Assembly (NCBI GenBank): GCA_964394135.1
Contig: CAYMXC010000001.1
Span: forward strand, 1 to 28,713
Source: an uncultured Phycisphaerae bacterium
GTDB lineage: Bacteria > Planctomycetota > Phycisphaerae > JAAYCJ01
Reading direction: 5' to 3'
Length of the DNA: 28,713 nt
Shown here piece after piece: positions 23,628-28,713 of the stretch. Both the position numbers and the translations under genes were made by a program. Each line of letters opens with the position of its first letter. The stretch's first letter is position 1. The notes under the pieces were generated by a model. It was given only the letters and a program-made list of their open reading frames with translations. It did no database searches and was not told where the DNA came from.

Positions 23628-25619
23628 TTAATATCGCGTTCGAATCGCACTTTTTGCACGCTGGGGCCCAACCGGCCTGTATTTCGTCGTCGGCCTGGCG
23701 ACCGACCTGGCTGCCATTTTGATTCCCAGCATATCCGCCGCCGCCCGGCAGCCGTACGCGCAGTCCAGCCAGTGGTTATACCGGCTGATCTGATTCCAGT
23801 ATTTCCGTGTACCTTTACCGGCCTCAAATTCAATCTCCTCGCGTTCGGCGACGATCTGCCTGGCATATTGTTGATGATCTCGCTTCTCAGCCTTGTATAA
23901 TTGCAGGCTCCCCGGCTGTCCGGCGGGCGATGCGAATCCGTCATGCACCATGGCCTTCCAGTAGTCGCTGTTCATCGTCACCAGTTTGACTCCGCCCGGC
24001 TGATTCGTCAGGCACCATTCCCGGCCGATGATTTTTCCCTTCGCCGGCTTGGGTACGGTCCAGGATGCCTGCTGATTCGATCCAAGCCCCTTGCTCGGAT
24101 AGTATCTGCCGCGGCTCTCCAGACAGAAATCATATGCGACCTTCGATTCCCATCCGCTGTCTACAAGCACCATATCCGGCGTTCGTCTCGCCTGCGTATC
24201 AGATCCGTCCTGCCAGCCGGTAGCCAGGACCTCATCCCGAAAACTCCTCAAACCGTTCAGGATTGCTATTTCTTTCGTCTCTCGTCCCTGGGCGATCTGG
24301 ATCGATCCGTAATCGATCAGATACCCGACCGCCTCGTCCCGCCACGCCCACGCGCTCCACCAGCAGGTATATTTCCCCAGGTCGATGAACACGGTCAGTG
24401 CCCGGGTTTCCGCCGGCAGAACTCCTCGCGGCAGATGCCCGATCTTTGCGAGTACCGTTTCCCGATTGATGCCGGACAGATCCTGCAGATCATCCGTCCA
24501 CGGCTCGGCCCATGTAAACTGTACCACCGACTTCAGATCGTTCGGATTGTCCGAGTGTTCGGCCCGATATTCCGTCTCCGCGATATCGGCCATCGACAGG
24601 AGTCCCGAGCTCATCGCATTCCACCGGAACCCGAAGGTATTCGTCCTGGGCTTTTCTCCGCTCACGCTCCCGTCCGGATTGACCGTCTGGCCTCTGGCCG
24701 CCAGGACCGGCCGCTTCAACGCCGCCTGCCGATCCGCCTCCGTCCAGACCGTCCCGCACTCCTGGCAGGCGTACCCGGCCTTTGTCTGTGCCTCCATGAT
24801 ATTCGATGCCTCCAGTACTCCGGATGCCAGAAAATGTTCCCGATCAGGCGCCACGTACGATCCGCAGTGCGGGCATTGTAAAAATACCTGCGTGTCCGTT
24901 CCGAACTCGCAGACTTCCTTGTAAACCCGCCCGGTCTTGATCGACATGGTGCATTCACCGTAGATCCTCGCTCTGCTGCCGTAGGCCCGGCTTCGGGCCT
25001 CGATCTGCGTTACCGGATCCGCCTCCCGGCTGGCCTTTCCCGGCTGATCCATCTTGTCGAGTTCGGTGAGCACCACGATCCGTGCCGTATGGCTCGATCG
25101 CTGCTGATCGCCGCCGCCCGCGCCCATGAACCGAAGCCACGCGCCATTTCGGAACCGGATCGCCTTGAATTTCCCGCCCTTGGAGCCTGCCCCGGCATCC
25201 GGAATCATATCCCGGTATCTGGATTTCAGAATCACCGGCAGAAGCCGTTCCTCGTAGATTCCCTGCGCCATATCGACATCTGGTACGCCGATGATCACGG
25301 TCTCGCCGACCTCGAAAAGGTAGTACATCACAACGATGACGAAAAAGATGAGCGTCTTGCCCGACTGAACGGGCCCGGACCCGAAGAAACGCCGATAGGT
25401 ATCCGATCCGAGAATATCGAGCACTGCCCCGGACCAGGGCATGAAACGACATGAGAAGGGCATTCCCGCCCTCGGACCGTTGGGCAGGACTATTTCCGCC
25501 TCCGCGAACTCGCGCATGGAGCGAACGATTCGCGGCCGCATCGCCGCAAGGAACCCTGATAGAATTTTCGCTATGGCAACCGATGTCGAATCCGACTGCT
25601 GTGTCCGCCGCTGAACCAA
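23628..25619 (-). CDS. terL: Terminase large subunit, GpA family
   Basis: Walker A GPVQSGKT, CPHCG/CQECG zinc module, nuclease motifs VFIDLG, LVDSG and NHWLDC; TTG start with GAGGA RBS. Confidence 0.95.
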   Translation of the reverse strand: MVQRRTQQSDSTSVAIAKILSGFLAAMRPRIVRSMREFAEAEIVLPNGPRAGMPFSCRFMPWSGAVLDILGSDTYRRFFGSGPVQSGKTLIFFVIVVMYYLFEVGETVIIGVPDVDMAQGIYEERLLPVILKSRYRDMIPDAGAGSKGGKFKAIRFRNGAWLRFMGAGGGDQQRSSHTARIVVLTELDKMDQPGKASREADPVTQIEARSRAYGSRARIYGECTMSIKTGRVYKEVCEFGTDTQVFLQCPHCGSYVAPDREHFLASGVLEASNIMEAQTKAGYACQECGTVWTEADRQAALKRPVLAARGQTVNPDGSVSGEKPRTNTFGFRWNAMSSGLLSMADIAETEYRAEHSDNPNDLKSVVQFTWAEPWTDDLQDLSGINRETVLAKIGHLPRGVLPAETRALTVFIDLGKYTCWWSAWAWRDEAVGYLIDYGSIQIAQGRETKEIAILNGLRSFRDEVLATGWQDGSDTQARRTPDMVLVDSGWESKVAYDFCLESRGRYYPSKGLGSNQQASWTVPKPAKGKIIGREWCLTNQPGGVKLVTMNSDYWKAMVHDGFASPAGQPGSLQLYKAEKRDHQQYARQIVAEREEIEFEAGKGTRKYWNQISRYNHWLDCAYGCRAAADMLGIKMAARSVARPTTKYRPVGPQRAKSAIRTRY

Positions 25620-25679
25620 ATCTCATCCTCGCCCGTCTCCGCCGGCTCTGCTTATTTTTTACAATAGAAAAAAGATTTA

Positions 25680-25721
25680 AACTATAAAATATGAAATAAA
25701 AAATACAAAATACAAAAGTTC
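25680..25721. repeat. Degenerate heptamer tandem array, 6 units, in an AT-rich gap
   Basis: AACTATA AAATATG AAATAAA AAATACA AAATACA AAAGTTC, directly after the replication-gene stop. Confidence 0.75.
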
Positions 25722-25727
25722 AAAACC

Positions 25728-26762
25728 TTACAAGTTTTGCCCATCCTCCGGAACCGGCCATTCCTGCCGGCATTTGTGCAGCCAGAGCCCGACCGGATTT
25801 TTACCATCCCTGCGTGCCTCCGCCGCGAATTTCCGTAACCGCTTCTCGATCTCATCCCAGCGTTTGCTTTTCAGTTCCGCATCGCCGCGGACTTTGTCCA
25901 GAACCTTGAGTATCGCTCTGGAAGCCCGAATATAGCTATCCTGCCCGGCTCCATCCGTTGCCAGCGGATCGAGTTTCAGGACTGTCGAGAGTTCCCTGAA
26001 CAGCAGTTCCCTCCGCCTCAGCCATGCTGGATCGGGCGGGCCTTCGGGGCCCTGACTGTCCGGTTCCGAAACCGGCGTTCCGGGCATGGCGGCCCCCTGT
26101 GACTCCGGCGGCGTTCCCGGATCGGTCCGGCACGATGCCGCGGAAGTACCTCCCGGCGCCTCGGTCGCAGCGTCTTCGCCGCAGTTGGCGTCCCGTTCGT
26201 CGGAGGACGCGGAATTTGCTTTGCTCTGGTTTGCTTTTGTTTTCTCTTCTTTGCTTTGGTTTGGTTTGCTTTGCTTTACTTTGCTCTGTGTATTTTCGTC
26301 GTCGATAACCCCCGGACAAAAATTTTTATCCGACGATAATCCGGTTTCCGTTTCGGTTTCCGGGTTATCGTCGTCGATAACCTCGTTTTCGGGAGTTTTC
26401 GCCGATGCTTTCGATTTCCTCTGCCGCTGCCGTTTTTCGAGCAGGCCGGCAAAACGTGCCAGCAGAGGATCGGACCACAGGTACTGTCCCTCCCGCTTAT
26501 ACAATCCCAGTTCCACCATATAGGTCAGGATCTCACCCAGCCGATCCGAATCCATACCGAAGTCGCCGGCCAGGAGTTCCAGTTCCAGCGAGGTCCACTG
26601 CCAGCGGAACCCGGGGCAATCGGTCAGGGTTTCCAGCATCATGGAGTACACGGCATATCCTTCCAAACCGTACTTTCGGCGGACCGCCTGAATCCTACGA
26701 TCGTTTCGAAGATCCGCATCGTGTGGAAAATAATCCGCACTGTTTTTCAATGGCCTGACCAT
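25728..26762 (-). CDS. Phage replication initiator-like protein (DUF4373 / Lin1244-Lin1753 N-terminal domain)
   Basis: YFPHDADLRNDRRI.A.RRKYGLEGYAVY...LE motif; low-complexity linker; ATG 26762 has a GGAGG RBS (ORF track start 26780). Confidence 0.8.
   Translation of the reverse strand: MVRPLKNSADYFPHDADLRNDRRIQAVRRKYGLEGYAVYSMMLETLTDCPGFRWQWTSLELELLAGDFGMDSDRLGEILTYMVELGLYKREGQYLWSDPLLARFAGLLEKRQRQRKSKASAKTPENEVIDDDNPETETETGLSSDKNFCPGVIDDENTQSKVKQSKPNQSKEEKTKANQSKANSASSDERDANCGEDAATEAPGGTSAASCRTDPGTPPESQGAAMPGTPVSEPDSQGPEGPPDPAWLRRRELLFRELSTVLKLDPLATDGAGQDSYIRASRAILKVLDKVRGDAELKSKRWDEIEKRLRKFAAEARRDGKNPVGLWLHKCRQEWPVPEDGQNL
26249..26288. repeat. Pentamer tandem array (8 units, consensus CTTTG) inside the replication gene
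   Basis: CTTTG CTTTG GTTTG GTTTG CTTTG CTTTA CTTTG CTCTG. Confidence 0.8.
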
Positions 26763-26803
26763 GTGATTTAATACCTCCAATTACCCCGCGTTTTCCATTG
26801 ATG

Positions 26804-27163
26804 TCATCGCATTCCCGCCCTTCGCTCCCACGGTCGAGCCGTAGCCGGCGGAGCCAGGGCCGCGTAATGCTTCAGGTCCGTGCTGAGCACCTCGATACTC
26901 GTGCCAGTTACGATCGGCCCGTACTTGCCAGGGTACAGTTCCCCGTAGATCCTCACGCGGTAACCCCTGGCTATCGTTTCCGTATGGTTGCCCCAGACTC
27001 CAAGGTCGATTATCCGCTGAGCCCTTCGACCGATAGAGTTTGATATCCGTTCGGTCAGGATTCTTATTTCCGTCACGTCATGCTCCTTCGCTGTTTTACG
27101 GAGCTTCGGACTGGCGATCACCGTTCCGACAACAATAAAGCTGTTCTGGTCACCGATTTCCAT
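26804..27163 (-). CDS. Single-stranded DNA-binding protein-like OB fold
   Basis: VVGTVIASPKLRKT, DLGVWG and GYRVRIYGEL align by eye with SSB LVGNLG.DPELRYT, V.VWG and G..V.VEGRL; no acidic tail. Confidence 0.65.
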   Translation of the reverse strand: MEIGDQNSFIVVGTVIASPKLRKTAKEHDVTEIRILTERISNSIGRRAQRIIDLGVWGNHTETIARGYRVRIYGELYPGKYGPIVTGTSIEVLSTDLKHYAALAPPATARPWERRAGMR

Positions 27164-27175
27164 TTTTAACCCCTT

Positions 27176-27691
27176 TTACATTTTACTTTTACTTTTACTT
27201 TTACTTTTTTTGACCTTTCGTTCATCTCCCGCCGGTAAGGCCGGTAATGGCTGTACTATCCCGGATTTATATGATTGAGCAACCTGAGGCAGGGCCAGGT
27301 CGCCTACGGTTTCGTTTCCCGGAAGTACGATATACGCCAAAAATTCCTTTTCGAACATCGCGATACCGCTTTCGACAGCCTCCAGCTTGCCCTTGATGCT
27401 GATGAGCAGTGCCCTCCATCGCTGCCTGCAGGCCTGTTCCCATTGACTGTATGCATCCTGCGGCGATCGCCGCCTCGCCCGTGGCGGCGCCGGCCGGAAT
27501 TTTTCATCTTTCGGATCCGGCAAGGGCATATCGAACCGGATGTGCATTCCACGGAACGTAAATCCGATAACAGCCTCGTCTTTGGACCAGCCCGCGGCGA
27601 AATGACCGGCCCCGTACTTTCGCAGGGTCCGTTCGATCTCCGCCCGCGTTTTTTCCACCGACACTTCGGTATTTTGTGCATAGATGGTCAT
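27176..27691 (-). CDS. Conserved phage hypothetical protein
   Basis: YA..T.VSVEKTRAEIE..LRKYGA and RQRWRALL..IK.KLEAVESGI..FE.EFLAYIVLP; ATGA-coupled to csrA. Confidence 0.8.
   Translation of the reverse strand: MTIYAQNTEVSVEKTRAEIERTLRKYGAGHFAAGWSKDEAVIGFTFRGMHIRFDMPLPDPKDEKFRPAPPRARRRSPQDAYSQWEQACRQRWRALLISIKGKLEAVESGIAMFEKEFLAYIVLPGNETVGDLALPQVAQSYKSGIVQPLPALPAGDERKVKKSKSKSKSKM
27181..27204. repeat. (TTTTAC)4 simple sequence repeat encoding the KSKSKSK tail
   Basis: Four perfect hexamers, with a fifth copy at 27174-27179. Confidence 0.85.
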
Positions 27692-27882
27692 TTTAAAACT
27701 CCTTTGAGTTGTTTAACTCCCTCCGTTTGTTTTCGTTGAAAGACCTCTTCCCGATCCACCGGCACGCCGCGGGGCGCGGTGATACCCAGCAGGACCTTGT
27801 CGCCGCGAACGCCGATAATCATCACCCGAATCTCGTCGCCGATCCGTATCACCTGATTCGTTTCTCTCGTTAAAACAAGCAT
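27688..27882 (-). CDS. csrA: Carbon storage regulator CsrA/RsmA-family RNA-binding protein
   Basis: MLVLTR...IRIGDEIRVMIIGVRGDKVLLGITAPRGVPVDREEV matches the CsrA signature. Confidence 0.93.
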   Translation of the reverse strand: MLVLTRETNQVIRIGDEIRVMIIGVRGDKVLLGITAPRGVPVDREEVFQRKQTEGVKQLKGVLK

Positions 27883-27886
27883 GCCG

Positions 27887-28096
27887 TTACTCCATCCATG
27901 AAATGAGTCCGTAGATCGATAAAATCAGATACACGAAAAACAGAGCCGCCTGGGCATAGATCCGTTTGCGCCAGTCGATAATCATCCAGGAGGTGTTGGT
28001 GATGATCCAAATGACGAATCCCAGGGGACTTTTTTGAATATTGAGAATAACTCCTGTAATGCTGAGTGCGGTGATTACCCAATGAAGCGGATTCAT
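27887..28096 (-). CDS. Small membrane protein, PnuC/nicotinamide mononucleotide transporter-like (three TM segments)
   Basis: LSITGVILNI.K...GF.IWIITN..W....YAQAALF.VY..LSIYG...W; 69 aa. Confidence 0.7.
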   Translation of the reverse strand: MNPLHWVITALSITGVILNIQKSPLGFVIWIITNTSWMIIDWRKRIYAQAALFFVYLILSIYGLISWME

Positions 28097-28629
28097 GCTT
28101 TATCCTTTACGCGAGGTGTAATGTATCGTTCCGTCAGATTTTTCGATATTCTGTCGATCGCCGCCGTCAGGGCCGCTCCTGCCTCCGGCGGAATCGTTCT
28201 TGCAACCGTTTCGAACTCCTGCCGCAATTCCTCGCCGACTTCGGCCCACAATTGCGCCACATCGGCCACGGGAATCAGCTTTCCCTCCTCGATGTCGTTC
28301 TTCCGTTTGACTTCGCGAACCTTTTCACGCCGGTATTCCTCCAGTGCCTGGGAATTCGTACCGCCGGACATCAGCGGATCGATTTCGTTTTCCCGTTTTC
28401 GCCGTTCAATATCCCAGGCATGCGCCTCCCGCCCGCTGTATGTCCCGTCGGCGTTGCGGGGAACGGCCATATCCCGAATGGCCCTTGGCGTGATACCCAT
28501 CAGCCACGCTGCCGCCCCCTGTGTCAGTCGGCCCATAATGCTGATCTGCTCGCCGGTATTGAAGCCCGGCTCGTTTTGACATCTTTGTGCCTTTTGGCTG
28601 ATTCGATTTGGTTTCCGTACCCTTTTCAT
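28093..28629 (-). CDS. terS: Terminase small subunit (Nu1-like)
   Basis: HTH-like LTQGAAAWLMGITPRAIR, coiled coil, EEGKLIPVADV motif. Start uncertain (alternative ATG 28536). Confidence 0.75.
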   Translation of the reverse strand: MKRVRKPNRISQKAQRCQNEPGFNTGEQISIMGRLTQGAAAWLMGITPRAIRDMAVPRNADGTYSGREAHAWDIERRKRENEIDPLMSGGTNSQALEEYRREKVREVKRKNDIEEGKLIPVADVAQLWAEVGEELRQEFETVARTIPPEAGAALTAAIDRISKNLTERYITPRVKDKA

Positions 28630-28661
28630 TTTGCATTTCCCTGCAGATTTTCTCTAAAAAA

Positions 28662-28713
28662 GCCGGCGGTCCGGATTCGAACCGGATCGGAATTACCTGT
28701 CCGACCTCAAACA
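28662..28713 (-). other. tRNA-like 3' fragment (T-arm plus putative acceptor strand); 5' part outside the window
   Basis: Minus strand TCCGG-TTCGAAT-CCGGA then CCGCCGGC and T6; preceded by the hairpin TCGGA-CAGGTAAT-TCCGA. No CCA, and no anticodon arm can be assigned. Confidence 0.4.

Larger units (their letters stand above)
1..28713 (-). mobile_element. Lambda-like tailed phage/prophage, packaging, head and tail region; both ends lie outside the window
   Basis: Co-oriented minus-strand terS, GpA terL, lambda portal, S49 protease, gpE-type capsid, tail tube, chaperone and tape measure in lambdoid order. No sheath gene recognised, so probably siphovirus-like. Confidence 0.93.

Noticed and set aside
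24955-25626. 223-aa minus-strand ORF overlapping the terL start in another frame
   Set aside because: Lies almost entirely within terL, has no motifs, and no slippery site links the frames.
7917-28636. Short repeats as a CRISPR array
   Set aside because: Units are 5-7 bp, with no 25-40-bp repeats separated by unique spacers and no cas genes.

Overview
The whole window is the structural and packaging half of a lambda-like tailed phage or prophage, encoded almost entirely on the minus strand. No integrase, att site or host gene is visible, and the element runs off both edges. Read in the direction of transcription (right to left), the order is: tRNA-like T-arm at the edge, terS, PnuC-like, csrA, hypothetical, SSB-like, DUF4373-type replication protein, GpA-type terL, Ogr/Delta-like zinc finger, N6/N4 methyltransferase, a low-GC plus-strand island, gpW-like, lambda portal, S49 protease with nested scaffold, DUF2190 decoration protein, gpE-type major capsid, head-tail and neck genes, tail tube, tail chaperone with a -1 frameshift, tape measure, tail-tip genes with two low-GC cassettes, and two lipoproteins. 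The most unusual part is 20062-23346, a nested mosaic. A 15-bp direct repeat (one copy inside a perfect 22-bp palindrome) brackets the methyltransferase plus the island. The island is itself bracketed by a 46-bp duplication of the methyltransferase 3' end. It holds one IS1-like terminal repeat, a transposase C-terminal remnant fused in frame to the duplicated methyltransferase tail, and an intact three-gene operon (HigB toxin, HTH-ImmA/IrrE metallopeptidase, 174-aa orphan). This looks like an IS-borne toxin-antitoxin or defence cargo immobilised in the phage. Other unexplained signals are several degenerate 7-bp-period arrays in intergenic gaps, a structured element before the capsid gene, a u-spanin-like lipoprotein, and terS separated from terL by replication and regulatory genes. 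Gene style suggests a Planctomycetota-like diderm host, but this is weak inference. All family calls come from motif recognition by eye; no database searches were run.
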